DNA from: Nitrosopumilaceae archaeon | GTDB taxonomy: Archaea > Thermoproteota > Nitrososphaeria > Nitrososphaerales > Nitrosopumilaceae | Assembly (NCBI GenBank): GCA_965214835.1 | Contig: CBDCCK010000002.1 | Coordinates: 1,696,001 to 1,760,000, forward strand | DNA: 64,000 nucleotides | Reading direction: 5' to 3' | In this document: positions 10,215-20,634 of the stretch, in pieces | Layout of the letters: every line of letters starts with the position of its first letter | Position numbering within the stretch: the first letter of the stretch is position 1 | Notes under the pieces: generated by a model | Told to the model about the DNA's origin: nothing | Database searches by the model: none | Seen by the model: the letters and a program-made list of their open reading frames with translations, nothing else | Program-made: the position numbers and the translations under genes

Positions 10215-10510
10215 CAGCAAGAGTCATCTGAGCACAGGGCCGGCATCCTCTGACTTGCATCTGCGACCATTGATATCAGATCTGAGAGCCGATCGCTTGA
10301 GATGGCATACACTGCCCTTTTTCCCTCGTCCCTTGACCTTACAATCCCGCATCTTTTGAGCGTCCTGAGATGGTGTGAGACCAAGGGCTGATCCCTTTCG
10401 AGCCTTTCTACAAAATCGCTTACGCACAGCTCTCCGTTTTTTTGCAGCAGCTCCAGGATCTCAAACCTTGTCTCGTCACAGATGCACCTCAAAAGGTCGA
10501 CCCCATTCAT
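10211..10510 (-). CDS. arsR: ArsR/SmtB family regulator
   Basis: DETRFEILELL, QPLVSHHLRTL; C-terminal C..CC. Confidence 0.88.
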   Translation of the reverse strand: MNGVDLLRCICDETRFEILELLQKNGELCVSDFVERLERDQPLVSHHLRTLKRCGIVRSRDEGKRAVYAISSDRLSDLISMVADASQRMPALCSDDSCC

Positions 10511-10550
10511 ATCAATCTAGATTTATATAAACTGATATTTATATGAATTC

Positions 10551-10955
10551 ATGCCCGAAAATGACGTGATCTTCGTCTGCGTGGAGAATGCCGGACGCAG
10601 CCAGATGGCAGAGGCGTTCCTTCGAAAGTATGCAAAAAACCTCAGGGTTGCCAGCGCCGGGACAAGGCCGGGCTCGCAGCTGGATCCGACGGTCGTCGAG
10701 GCGATGAGCGAGGTCGGCATAAGCCTAAAGTCCCAGAGCCCAAAGGGCATCTCAAGCGACCTGATAGCAAACTCCAAGACAAGGGTGAGCATGGGATGCA
10801 TGGACAGGGAGTCCTGCCCCGCGCTGTTTGTAGACGGCGTTATAGACTGGAACATTGCCGATCCAAAGGGAAGATCCCTTGACGAGGTAAGGAGGATCCG
10901 CGACGAGATCGAGCTACAGGTAAGACGGCTTGCAGAGTCCATGCAGGAAACATAG
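10551..10955 (+). CDS. arsC: Arsenate reductase (LMW-PTP family)
   Basis: FVCVENAGRSQMAEAF, SAGT, SMGC...CP, W.I.DP. Confidence 0.9.
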   Translation: MPENDVIFVCVENAGRSQMAEAFLRKYAKNLRVASAGTRPGSQLDPTVVEAMSEVGISLKSQSPKGISSDLIANSKTRVSMGCMDRESCPALFVDGVIDWNIADPKGRSLDEVRRIRDEIELQVRRLAESMQET

Positions 10956-10956
10956 G

Positions 10957-11652
10957 ATGGACTCGTCAAACAAAAAGATCTTCGCCGCCGAGCTGATCGG
11001 AACCTTCATCGTCGTTGTCTGCGCCACCGGCTCCGTCGTACTCGATGCCCGGTACGGCGGCGCGCTGGGAATCTCCTTTGTCGCGTTTGCCCCCTTTGCA
11101 GGCGTGGCAGCCGGCGTCTACCTGTTCGGCAGGATATCCATGGCCCACTTTAACCCCGCAGTCACTATCGGCTATTTCATTACAGGACACATAACGAAGA
11201 TCCAGATCCTGTACTATTTTGCAGCCGAGCTGATCGGCGCCGTGCTAGGCTCGCTGTTTGTCCTGTCTGCCATTGGACCTGATGCAAATCTTGGTGCCAA
11301 TGCCCCCGATTACGCCCACCCGATGGAGCTGATTTTCCCCGTGGAGGCCCTTGCCACCGGGCTGCTGATGGCCGTGATCTTTGCCGTCGTGTACACCAAG
11401 GGCCTGAGGGGATTCGGCGGAATCGCAATCGGGGGGATCATAGGGCTGGACATCCTCTTTCTGGCCTTTGTCTCGGGGGCGTCCATGAACCCCGCACGCG
11501 CCCTTGCGCCCGCCCTGGTCTCGGGCTTTTTTGACGACTTGTGGCTGTACTGGAGCGCCACGTTCGTTGGATCCTCCGCCGTCGCCCTCATGTTCAGAAA
11601 AAAATTCGCCCCTGTGAGGCAAAAACCACCGTTTACGAATAATAAAGGCTAG
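10957..11652 (+). CDS. MIP family aquaporin/aquaglyceroporin
   Basis: Two NPA boxes (HFNPAVT, SMNPARA); ATG at 10957. Confidence 0.92.
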   Translation: MDSSNKKIFAAELIGTFIVVVCATGSVVLDARYGGALGISFVAFAPFAGVAAGVYLFGRISMAHFNPAVTIGYFITGHITKIQILYYFAAELIGAVLGSLFVLSAIGPDANLGANAPDYAHPMELIFPVEALATGLLMAVIFAVVYTKGLRGFGGIAIGGIIGLDILFLAFVSGASMNPARALAPALVSGFFDDLWLYWSATFVGSSAVALMFRKKFAPVRQKPPFTNNKG

Positions 11653-11667
11653 CCCCCGGGTCTATCA

Positions 11668-12945
11668 TTGTCAAAATCCAAAAAGCTGTTCTCTGATGCA
11701 AGAAGGGTGATCCCATCCGGGGTGAACAGCCCGGTTCGGTACTTTGAGCCGTACCCGTTCTTTGTAAAAAAGTCAGACCGAAGCTCGATCTGGGATGCCG
11801 ACGGCAGGCACTACATCGACTTTTGCAACGGATACGGCGCGCTGCTCCTTGGCCACCGGAGGAGGGAGGTGATCTCTGCCGTCACAAGGCAGCTGTCCCG
11901 GGGGACGCTGTACTGCGCGCCGACCGAGCAGGAGATCCAGCTCTCAAGGCTGATCAAGAACAACTTTTCATCCATGGACAAGGTACGGCTGGTCAACACC
12001 GGCTCTGAGGCCACAATGACTGCAATCAGACTGGCCCGGGGCTTTACAAAAAAGAAAAAGATTGTAAAATTCGAGGGGTGCTATCACGGCGCGCATGACT
12101 CCGTGCTGGTCAAGGCCGGATCCGGATCCGCGCACAACGGGATTTCCGTCTCAGACGGGGGACTAGACGAGGTATCCAGGAACACCCTTGTCGTGCAGTA
12201 CAACAACTCCCAAGAGCTCAAAGACGTCCTTTCAAAGGATACGGACGTTGCCTGCGTCATCGTGGAGCCAATCCTGGCAAACATGGGCCTGGTTTTGCCC
12301 AAAAAAAACTTCCTTGCCGACGTACGAAGGACTACGAAAAAACACGGCGTTCCGCTGATTTTCGACGAGGTTGTGACCGGCTTTCGAGTCTCTCCAGGGG
12401 GCGCACAAGAGTACTTTGGAATAAAGCCTGACATCACAACGCTTGCAAAGGCGTTAGGCAACGGGTTTGCAATCGCCGCCGTCGGGGGAAGGCGGGACAT
12501 GATGGATCTGCTCTCCCCCGCAGGCAGGGTCTACCAGGCAAGCACCTTTGCGGGCAATCCCGTGGCGGTCTCCGCGGCAGTCAGCTCGATTCAGACTATG
12601 AATAAAATAAAGAACAGGATGTACCCGAAGCTCGAGCGGTACTGCGCCCGGCTCTCAAGGGCAATAGGTGATGCCGCAGCAGACCTGGGGATTCCACACC
12701 AGATCAACTCTGCGTCCTCGATGATGCAGATATTCTTCTCAGAGATGCCCGTTGTCGACTATTCCAGCTCAAAGGCAGCAGATGCAAAAAAGTTCCAAAG
12801 GATGTTCCGCTCGCTTCTCGGGCAGGGCATATTTGTCGCCCACTCGCAGTTTGAGACCGTCTTCCTCTCTGATGCGCACACCGGTGCGGACTTGGACAAG
12901 GCAGCCGATGCATACCGGGCGGCCCTCAAGGCGGTGAAGGGTTGA
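11668..12945 (+). CDS. hemL: Glutamate-1-semialdehyde 2,1-aminomutase
   Basis: IPSGVNSPVR, GSEATMTAIRLARG, FEGCYHG, FDEVVTGFR. Confidence 0.96.
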   Translation: MSKSKKLFSDARRVIPSGVNSPVRYFEPYPFFVKKSDRSSIWDADGRHYIDFCNGYGALLLGHRRREVISAVTRQLSRGTLYCAPTEQEIQLSRLIKNNFSSMDKVRLVNTGSEATMTAIRLARGFTKKKKIVKFEGCYHGAHDSVLVKAGSGSAHNGISVSDGGLDEVSRNTLVVQYNNSQELKDVLSKDTDVACVIVEPILANMGLVLPKKNFLADVRRTTKKHGVPLIFDEVVTGFRVSPGGAQEYFGIKPDITTLAKALGNGFAIAAVGGRRDMMDLLSPAGRVYQASTFAGNPVAVSAAVSSIQTMNKIKNRMYPKLERYCARLSRAIGDAAADLGIPHQINSASSMMQIFFSEMPVVDYSSSKAADAKKFQRMFRSLLGQGIFVAHSQFETVFLSDAHTGADLDKAADAYRAALKAVKG

Positions 12946-13877
12946 ACTTCAAGGTTGGCACCCGCGGAAGCAGGCTGTCTGTGGCCCAGACAAACCAGGT
13001 CATAGGACAGCTACGACAGAAAAACCCCGGGCATGACTTTGCCGTGCGGACCATTACCACAAGGGGGGATGCCGATGCGCGTCCGCTGTTTGCCATAGAT
13101 CAGAGGGGAATCTTTGAAAAGGAGGTGGACAGGGCAGTCTCCGACAGGGAGGTGGACTTTGCCGTTCACAGCCTAAAGGACATTCCCTCGCAGCTGCCTT
13201 CGGGCTTGAGGCTGGCGTGCGTTCCAAGGCGGGAGCAGGCCAACGACATCTTCATCTCAAGGAGCGGCGATACCCTGGAGTCGATCCCGCCGGGATCAAC
13301 GGTGGGTACCAGCAGCCTGCGCCGCGCAGTGCAGGTATCCATAAAGCGCCCCGATCTTGAGGTAAGGCCCGTCCGGGGCAACATCGAGACCAGAATCCAC
13401 AAGTCCCAGAACGGTGACTTTGATGCCATAGTCCTGGCAAAGGCCGGCGTCTCCCGGCTGGGAGTAGACATAAAGTATCACGTGCTGGACACAAAGGACT
13501 TTTCCCCCTCGCCCGGCCAGGGAGCCCTGGCAATCGTATGCCGCGAGGATGACCGGGACATGATGGATATGCTCAGATCCATCGAGGATCCTGACAGCAG
13601 GCTGGAGATAGAGGCAGAGCGTGCCCTGTCCGGCGTCGTAGACTCTGGATGCAGGTTTCCCGTGGGCGCCTATGGGCAGGTCACGGGCAAGACGCTGACC
13701 CTGCAGGCATCTGCCTTTTCGGCAGATGGCAAGGCGTCCATTTTTGTAGAAAGATCCGGTGCCAGGGAGGATGCAGTTGCAATCGGGAGGCAGGCAGGCA
13801 AGGAGATGCAAGACGGCGGGGTCGGAGACCTTGCATTAAATTGGAGGCAGAATGTAGAGGAGTGGAACAGGAAATGA
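12942..13877 (+). CDS. hemC: Hydroxymethylbilane synthase
   Basis: GTRGSRLS, AVHSLKD, GTSSLRR, RGNIETR. Confidence 0.96.
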   Translation: MNFKVGTRGSRLSVAQTNQVIGQLRQKNPGHDFAVRTITTRGDADARPLFAIDQRGIFEKEVDRAVSDREVDFAVHSLKDIPSQLPSGLRLACVPRREQANDIFISRSGDTLESIPPGSTVGTSSLRRAVQVSIKRPDLEVRPVRGNIETRIHKSQNGDFDAIVLAKAGVSRLGVDIKYHVLDTKDFSPSPGQGALAIVCREDDRDMMDMLRSIEDPDSRLEIEAERALSGVVDSGCRFPVGAYGQVTGKTLTLQASAFSADGKASIFVERSGAREDAVAIGRQAGKEMQDGGVGDLALNWRQNVEEWNRK

Positions 13878-14620
13878 GCGGCAAGGTATACCTGGTCGGC
13901 GCCGGCCCCGGCGACCACAGGTTGATGACAGTGCGGGCAGTCGAGCTGCTGCAAAAGGCCGACGTGGTCCTCTATGACAGGCTTGTCGGCAGGAGGATAA
14001 TCTCCATGATTCCCAAGACTGCCGAAAAGGTGTATGTAGGCCGTGCGGTAGGCGATGATGCGGCGCATCAGGATGCCACAAATGACCTGATGGCAGGGTA
14101 TGCCAGATCCGGACGGCACGTCGTGCGCCTAAAGGGCGGGGATCCGTTCATCTTTGGCCGCGGGGGCGAGGAGGCCGAGTTCCTAAGGGGCCGCAAAATA
14201 AAATACGAGATAGTCCCCGGAATAACCTCCGGGATCGGCTCTGCAACGTATGCCGGCATTCCGCTGACCCACAGGAGGCACGCATCCTCTGTTGCCTTTG
14301 TGACGGGCCACGAGGATCCAGAAAAGAAAAACGAGGCCGTAAGGTGGAAAAGACTGGCAAAGTCCGTAGATACCATCGTTATAATGATGGGGCTGTCCAG
14401 AATCGACACCATATGCAGGCAGCTGATCGCCGGAGGCATGGATGAAAAAACGCCGGTTGCGGTAATCCAGGACGGAACGACCCCCAGGCAAAAGATGATC
14501 ACGGGAACAGTGGCAAGCATCGCCTCCAGGGTCAGCTCAAGCAAGATCAGGCCTCCTGCCAACATCATTGTGGGCAGGGTCGTTGATTTGTCAAAAACGG
14601 TGGGCTGGAGACGATGCTAG
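13874..14620 (+). CDS. cobA: Uroporphyrinogen-III C-methyltransferase
   Basis: VYLVGAGPGD, RLKGGDPFIFGRGGEE; ATG at 13874. Confidence 0.95.
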   Translation: MSGKVYLVGAGPGDHRLMTVRAVELLQKADVVLYDRLVGRRIISMIPKTAEKVYVGRAVGDDAAHQDATNDLMAGYARSGRHVVRLKGGDPFIFGRGGEEAEFLRGRKIKYEIVPGITSGIGSATYAGIPLTHRRHASSVAFVTGHEDPEKKNEAVRWKRLAKSVDTIVIMMGLSRIDTICRQLIAGGMDEKTPVAVIQDGTTPRQKMITGTVASIASRVSSSKIRPPANIIVGRVVDLSKTVGWRRC

Positions 14621-15411
14621 AGGGCAAGACCATAGCAATCACCCGCCCAAGGGAGGACTCTGAGGAGTTCATCAGGCTGATGAAGGGCCACAACGCCAAC
14701 CCCGTGCCGCTGCCAACGATCCAGCTTGTGAGCAGGGGGGAAAAAATCGTAGGCGAGTTCCTGAATTCCATTGAAAGTTACAAGCCTGACTATTCCGTAT
14801 TTATGAGCTCAAAGGCGGCAAAGCTCCTCTTTGATACTGCAAGGGACGTCTCCCGGCTAGACGAGCTGGTTCTGGCCGTGTCTGGAACCATCGTCGTGGC
14901 AGTCGGACCCAAAACCGGGGCTGCCCTGGAAAAGTACGGCATCAGGGTGGCCCACGTGCCGGGGACGTACTCCTCGGTCGGCGTCGGCGAGCTGTTCACC
15001 GGGCTTGGCGCCGTTGGCAAAAAGGTAATCGTGCCCCGGAGCGGCGCTGCGACCCCGTTTCTCAGGGAGCTTTTGAACAAAATCGGGCTGGACGTCAGGG
15101 AGGTGCACCTTTATGACGTCTGCGCGTTTAGGGACACCGCCCAGTGGAACGGGTTTAGGCAGCTGTTTTCTCAGAACAGGCTAGATGGCATGGTCTTTAC
15201 AAGCGCCTCGTCGGTCCGCGCGTTTTTTGAAATCATGGAAAAGGACTATTCCAGGGAGCAGCTGCTCTCGGGCCTGGAGGCAGTCAGGATCGTATCCATC
15301 GGCCCGTTTACGGCCGACGAGCTAAAAAAATTCAGCGTGCAAAACGTCATCTCCGAGGTGCATACGGTTCCGGGGGCCTTTGATGCAGTAAAGGGCATGT
15401 TTTCGGCTTGA
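14614..15411 (+). CDS. hemD: Uroporphyrinogen-III synthase
   Basis: ITRP, AVGPKT, FTSASSV, SIGPFTA. Confidence 0.92.
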   Translation: MLEGKTIAITRPREDSEEFIRLMKGHNANPVPLPTIQLVSRGEKIVGEFLNSIESYKPDYSVFMSSKAAKLLFDTARDVSRLDELVLAVSGTIVVAVGPKTGAALEKYGIRVAHVPGTYSSVGVGELFTGLGAVGKKVIVPRSGAATPFLRELLNKIGLDVREVHLYDVCAFRDTAQWNGFRQLFSQNRLDGMVFTSASSVRAFFEIMEKDYSREQLLSGLEAVRIVSIGPFTADELKKFSVQNVISEVHTVPGAFDAVKGMFSA

Positions 15412-15471
15412 ATTAGTTAGCTCTACCTATTTTTCCTCATGTATTTATAACATAGAAGAGTCTTGACTTTC

Positions 15472-16872
15472 ATGGCAACAGAAAACCTCGAGATCGACTA
15501 TTCAAAATACGACTTTAAGGACTCGACTGAGATGTATGTCCATCTCAGCAAAAAGGGCCTCTCAAAGGAGACGGTAATCGGAATCAGCAAGATGAAAGAC
15601 GAGCCGGAATGGATGCTTGACTTTAGGCTGAGGGCATACGAGCAGTTCATGAAGTTTCCAATGCCCAGCTGGGGAGGGGATCTGAGCGCGATTGATTTTC
15701 AGAATATCTACTATTATGCAAAGGCATCTGACAAGACGGAGAAGAGCTGGGACGACGTTCCAGCAGACGTAAAAAACACGTTTGACAAGCTTGGAATCCC
15801 AGAGGCCGAGAAAAAGTTCCTTGCAGGCGTCGGCGCCCAGTACGAGTCCGAGGTCGTCTACCACAACCTGAGGGAGGACCTGCAAAAGCAGGGCGTAATC
15901 TTCCTGGATACGGACTCTGCGCTAAAAGAGTACCCAGACATCTTTAGAAAATACTTTGGAAAGATCATTCCACCCGAGGACAACAAGTTTGCCGCACTCA
16001 ACAGCGCAGTATGGAGCGGCGGCTCGTTTATCTACATTCCAAAGGGGGTCTCAGTCGACATGCCCCTGCAGGCGTACTTTAGGATTAACGCAGAGAACAT
16101 CGGACAGTTTGAGAGGACCCTGATTGTCGCAGACGAGGGCGCCAACGTGCACTATATCGAGGGGTGTACCGCACCGGTCTACTCCTCAGAGTCGCTGCAC
16201 TCCGCAGTAGTGGAACTCGTAGCCCACAAGGACGCACACCTGAGGTATACGACCATCCAGAACTGGAGCAGCGACGTGTACAACCTAGTCACAAAGCGCG
16301 CATATGCATACGAGGGCGCCACCGTGGAATGGATAGACGGAAACATTGGAAGCAAGCTGACCATGAAGTATCCGGGGATCTACCTTATGGGGGAAAAGGC
16401 GTACGGCGAGACGCTGTCCATAGCCTTTGCAGGCAAGGGCCAGCACCAGGACACGGGCGCAAAGATGGTACACCTGGCGCCCAACACCACCTCAAAGATC
16501 ACATCAAAGTCTGTAAGCCGGCTCAACGGAAGGTCTACCTATCGCGGACTGCTCAACGTTGCCAAGGGCGCGACAAACGTAAAGAGCACGGTAAGGTGCG
16601 ACGCCCTGCTACTAGATGACACCTCCAAGACGGACACCTACCCGTACATGGAAATCAACCAGGAGGATGCGACCATCACGCACGAGGCAACGGTCGGAAA
16701 GATCGGAGACGAGCAGATCTTCTACCTCATGACGAGGGGATTCTCCGAGGAGGAGGCGCTGACCCTGATTGTAAACGGATTCATGGAGCCGTTTGTAAAG
16801 GAGCTTCCAATGGAGTATGCCGTGGAGCTGAACAGACTGATAAAGCTGGAAATGGACGGCTCTGTGGGATAG
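15472..16872 (+). CDS. sufB: Fe-S cluster assembly protein SufB
   Basis: [31 protein letters not shown]. Confidence 0.97.
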   Translation: MATENLEIDYSKYDFKDSTEMYVHLSKKGLSKETVIGISKMKDEPEWMLDFRLRAYEQFMKFPMPSWGGDLSAIDFQNIYYYAKASDKTEKSWDDVPADVKNTFDKLGIPEAEKKFLAGVGAQYESEVVYHNLREDLQKQGVIFLDTDSALKEYPDIFRKYFGKIIPPEDNKFAALNSAVWSGGSFIYIPKGVSVDMPLQAYFRINAENIGQFERTLIVADEGANVHYIEGCTAPVYSSESLHSAVVELVAHKDAHLRYTTIQNWSSDVYNLVTKRAYAYEGATVEWIDGNIGSKLTMKYPGIYLMGEKAYGETLSIAFAGKGQHQDTGAKMVHLAPNTTSKITSKSVSRLNGRSTYRGLLNVAKGATNVKSTVRCDALLLDDTSKTDTYPYMEINQEDATITHEATVGKIGDEQIFYLMTRGFSEEEALTLIVNGFMEPFVKELPMEYAVELNRLIKLEMDGSVG

Positions 16873-16898
16873 CCCCTAGACCGGTTAGACGTGATATA

Positions 16899-18299
16899 AT
16901 GTCCCAGGTCGCCTTGTCAACGATTGACTCAGGTCACATAGACGAGATATCATCATCGAGAAACGAGCCCCCGTGGCTGGCCCAATACAGGAAGGACTCC
17001 CTCTCTGTCTATGAGGATCTGCCCATAGAGACGTCCCCGCTTTACAACAAGTACACCGATGCCAAGCGAATGGATCCCGAGCAGGTCTCGCTTTCTGTGA
17101 CCTCCGATGCAACCGTTCCGCCCTTTCTGAACAGGCGGCTTGCGGAGCTTGAGGGCGAAAACCACATAATTCAAATCGGAACCAACGTCGGCCGCATCAG
17201 AATAGGCGACGAGCTGAGCTCAAAGGGCGTCATCATATCATCGATGAGCGACGCGCTAGCAGATCATCCGGATCTGGTAAGAAAGGCGCTTGATGCATCT
17301 GACTCTAGGGAGGACAAGTTCACCGCGCTAAACAACGCGGCCTTTAACACCGGGATCTTCGTCTATGTTCCAAGAAACGTCCGGCTGGAGAGCCCCATTC
17401 ACGCCCTCTCGTGCCTGTCCGTGGACGGCGTCTCTGCCATATCCCGAAATGTAGTCATTGCCGGGGAAAACAGCAAGTCTACGATAGTCCAAGAGCTGTA
17501 CTCGCCTGAGGCACCAGGGCAGCAGGCGTACCTTGAGCTGCTCAACGTCATGGCCGGTGCCGGTGCGCAGGTTGACGGGACCACGCTTCAGATGTTTGAT
17601 CAAAGCTCGGTCAACTTTTCGACCAGGAGGACCGATCTTGCCGGGGATGCAAGGCTGAACTGGTACCTGGGGCTGTTTGGCGCCCTTGTCTCAAGGTATA
17701 GGACCGACTATTACCTCAACGGGGGCGGTGCGTCTGCCAACGACTCTGAGGTGGTGTTTGGAAACGGCGAACAGTCATTTGACCTGCAGACCAACGTCAA
17801 CCACGAGAGCCGGTTCACCGAGGGGAGGGTCATCGAAAAGTCAATCCTCCAAGACAGCTCAAAGTCGCTGTTCAAGGGGATGATCAGGATAAAGGAGGAT
17901 GCATCAAAGTCAAACTCGTACCTTTCCGGACGCTCGATCCTGCTTGACAAGGACGCAAAGTCCGACGCGATTCCCGGCCTTGAAATCTTCACAAACGATG
18001 TAAAGGCCACGCACTCTGCCTCCGTGGCCCAGATCGACGAGGAGCAGATATTCTACCTCGGGACAAGGTGCCTCAGCCGCTCTGAGGCCGAGCGCACCAT
18101 TGTGGAGGGCTTTCTAGAACCGCTGTCCCGGAAGATGTCCATCCAGGTGCGTGCGTGGATTGCATACCTGATCGAGTCAAAATGGGAGGGGCGCGAGCTG
18201 TCCATTAACACCGACGAGGAGCTCAAGAAATTCACGGAAATCGAGGAGACCCGCTACAACGAAAACTCGGAGATCGAGCAGCACTACAAGTACAGGTGA
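16899..18299 (+). CDS. sufD: SufD-type Fe-S assembly protein
   Basis: IPGLEIFTNDVKATHSASV, FYLGTR; SufBD beta-helix fold family. Confidence 0.93.
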   Translation: MSQVALSTIDSGHIDEISSSRNEPPWLAQYRKDSLSVYEDLPIETSPLYNKYTDAKRMDPEQVSLSVTSDATVPPFLNRRLAELEGENHIIQIGTNVGRIRIGDELSSKGVIISSMSDALADHPDLVRKALDASDSREDKFTALNNAAFNTGIFVYVPRNVRLESPIHALSCLSVDGVSAISRNVVIAGENSKSTIVQELYSPEAPGQQAYLELLNVMAGAGAQVDGTTLQMFDQSSVNFSTRRTDLAGDARLNWYLGLFGALVSRYRTDYYLNGGGASANDSEVVFGNGEQSFDLQTNVNHESRFTEGRVIEKSILQDSSKSLFKGMIRIKEDASKSNSYLSGRSILLDKDAKSDAIPGLEIFTNDVKATHSASVAQIDEEQIFYLGTRCLSRSEAERTIVEGFLEPLSRKMSIQVRAWIAYLIESKWEGRELSINTDEELKKFTEIEETRYNENSEIEQHYKYR

Positions 18300-18613
18300 T
18301 CGGACTGGGCGAGTGGATCAAGGCATGCACTGCTGATCAGGTGGGCGACGGGCAGCTCTTCGGCTTTGTGCATGACGGCAAGAGGATACTGCTTGCCAAC
18401 CTGGGCGGCAGAATACACGCCACGGATCTCATCTGCACCCATGCCGAGGCGGATCTTTCCACCGGATTCCTCTCAGAGGAGGGTGTGCGCTGCCCGCTGC
18501 ATCTCTCGGTCTTTGATCTGGAGGACGGCAGGCCGCACAACCCCCCCGCCGAGGAGGCACTCAAGGTCTACAATGTTAAAATAGAGCAAGACGGGGTCTA
18601 CGTGGAGGTCTAG
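18296..18613 (+). CDS. Rieske-type ferredoxin
   Basis: CTH...CPLH Rieske ligands. Confidence 0.9.
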   Translation: MIGLGEWIKACTADQVGDGQLFGFVHDGKRILLANLGGRIHATDLICTHAEADLSTGFLSEEGVRCPLHLSVFDLEDGRPHNPPAEEALKVYNVKIEQDGVYVEV

Positions 18614-18615
18614 GC

Positions 18616-19857
18616 ATGCAGAGCGCAGAGTTATCAAGCCAGGTAAGAAAGGACTTTCCAATCCTGGACAGGACTGTACGCGACGGCAAGCCGCTTGTCT
18701 ATCTTGACAACGCCTCAACCACGCAAAAACCAAACCAGGTCATTGATGCCATATCTGGCTATTATCAGAATCACAATGCAAACATCCACCGCGCAGTCTA
18801 TGCGCTGGCAGAAGAGTCTACTGAGGCCTACGAGTCTGCAAGGGACAAGGTTGCCGGGTTCCTCAACATCGGCGACAGGCAGGAGATCATCTTTGTGCGC
18901 GGTACCACTGAGGCAATCAACCTGGTCGCATACGCGTGGGGAAGGGCCAATGTCGGGGAGGGCGACGTCATCGTAACGACGGAATACGAGCATCACAGCA
19001 ACATCGTGCCATGGCAGCTGCTTGCCCAGGAAAGGGGCGCAAGGCTCGAGTACATTGAAATCGATGACAACGGGGAGCTGAAACTGGAGCAGCTGGACGG
19101 ATATCTCCGGACCGGAAGGGTAAGGCTTGTCACGTTCAGCCTGATGTCAAACGTGCTGGGAACCATAACCGATGCCCGGGCCGTCATATCAAAGTGCAGG
19201 GAGGCAGGGGCGCTTGTCCTAGTTGACGGCGCCCAGGCGGTTCCCCACATGGGGGTGGACCTGTCCGCGCTGGGGTGTGACTTTTTTGCATTCTCCGGCC
19301 ACAAGATGCTGGGCCCCACAGGAATCGGGGTACTGTGGGTGAAAAGGGAGGTACTTGAGACCATGAGCCCGTTTCACGGCGGCGGGGATATGATAAGGGA
19401 GGTCCACAAGCATGAGACGACCTGGAACGACCTGCCGTACAAGTTCGAGGCGGGAACCCCCAACATTGCAGACGTAATCGGCCTTGGCGCGGCAATCGAC
19501 TATCTGGCACGAATCGGCATGGAAAACGTCCGGGAGCACGAGGTCGGGCTGACCCGGTACGCCCTTGACCGGCTGTCGGGGGTCAGGGGCCTGACGATCT
19601 ATGGGACCCCGGACATCTCAAAGCGGGGCGGCGTCATATCGTTTAACTTCTCAGACGTCCATCCGCACGACGTAGCCCAGATCATGGATGCAGAGGGCAT
19701 CGCGGTGCGTTCGGGGCACCACTGCGCCCAGGTTCTGATGGAGAGGCTCAACGTCGCTGCGACCTCGCGGGCCAGCTTTTACATATACAATACAAAAGGC
19801 GATATCGACGCGCTGGTCGGTTCATTAAATAAGGTAGCAGAGGTGTTCAAGCTGTGA
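18616..19857 (+). CDS. sufS: Cysteine desulfurase SufS
   Basis: YLDNASTTQKP, EHHSN, SGHKM, RSGHHCA. Confidence 0.96.
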   Translation: MQSAELSSQVRKDFPILDRTVRDGKPLVYLDNASTTQKPNQVIDAISGYYQNHNANIHRAVYALAEESTEAYESARDKVAGFLNIGDRQEIIFVRGTTEAINLVAYAWGRANVGEGDVIVTTEYEHHSNIVPWQLLAQERGARLEYIEIDDNGELKLEQLDGYLRTGRVRLVTFSLMSNVLGTITDARAVISKCREAGALVLVDGAQAVPHMGVDLSALGCDFFAFSGHKMLGPTGIGVLWVKREVLETMSPFHGGGDMIREVHKHETTWNDLPYKFEAGTPNIADVIGLGAAIDYLARIGMENVREHEVGLTRYALDRLSGVRGLTIYGTPDISKRGGVISFNFSDVHPHDVAQIMDAEGIAVRSGHHCAQVLMERLNVAATSRASFYIYNTKGDIDALVGSLNKVAEVFKL

Positions 19858-20291
19858 GCAACGCGGACATTTACCACGAGATGATCATCGACTATTTCAG
19901 AAACCCCGTCAACTATGGAAAGATGGAGGATCCTGATGCTACCTACCATGATGCAAACCCGCTCTGCGGGGACAGCATTGACATTGATCTCAAGATCGAC
20001 GAGGACAAAATCAATGACATAAAGTTCCACGGCAAGGGCTGTGCAATCTGCATGGCCTGCTCGTCTGTGCTGACCGAAATAGCCAAGGGCAAGAGCCTCG
20101 AGGAGGCAAGGCAGCTGACAAAAAACGACATATTGGGAGAGCTGGGACTTGAAAACCTACAGGCAGTCAGAATAAAGTGCGCGCTGCTGTCGCTCAAGGT
20201 CCTAAAGTTTGCCCTGTACTCCTACCTTGCCAAGCATGTTGAGGGCTCTGACGTTGAAAAGCTAAAGGAAGACGCGGCAAACCTGTACTGA
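19854..20291 (+). CDS. sufU: Fe-S scaffold SufU/IscU
   Basis: NPLCGD, GCAIC, RIKCALL. Confidence 0.9.
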   Translation: MSNADIYHEMIIDYFRNPVNYGKMEDPDATYHDANPLCGDSIDIDLKIDEDKINDIKFHGKGCAICMACSSVLTEIAKGKSLEEARQLTKNDILGELGLENLQAVRIKCALLSLKVLKFALYSYLAKHVEGSDVEKLKEDAANLY

Positions 20292-20292
20292 C

Positions 20293-20634
20293 ATGTCAGA
20301 CTTTGTCCCCAAGGTGCCCATATCGCTGCAGATACGGAGGATAATCTTTGAGAACTATAACGATGAGGAGGGCAGGTTCAACAGCGACGACATTTTCGAC
20401 CATCTGAGGCAAAACGGCGACATTGATCCGGACTGGATTATAGATGATCTGGAGCCTGCAATAAACGAGCTCTGCGAGGCCGGTGCGGCCCGGAACATCG
20501 CCCAGAACCTTACTACGATCTGGCTCAGGCTGTTTGAAAAGCTGGAAAAGGCTCACTGCGGCTCGTGCGGCAACGACGTCTTTCTGGGGCCCTCCGAGGA
20601 CAGGGCCTGTCCGGGCTGCAGGTCCGCACTCTGA
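20293..20634 (+). CDS. Hypothetical protein (winged-helix-like with C-terminal CxxC..CxxC zinc ribbon)
   Basis: CGSC...CPGC; directly follows sufU. Confidence 0.75.
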   Translation: MSDFVPKVPISLQIRRIIFENYNDEEGRFNSDDIFDHLRQNGDIDPDWIIDDLEPAINELCEAGAARNIAQNLTTIWLRLFEKLEKAHCGSCGNDVFLGPSEDRACPGCRSAL

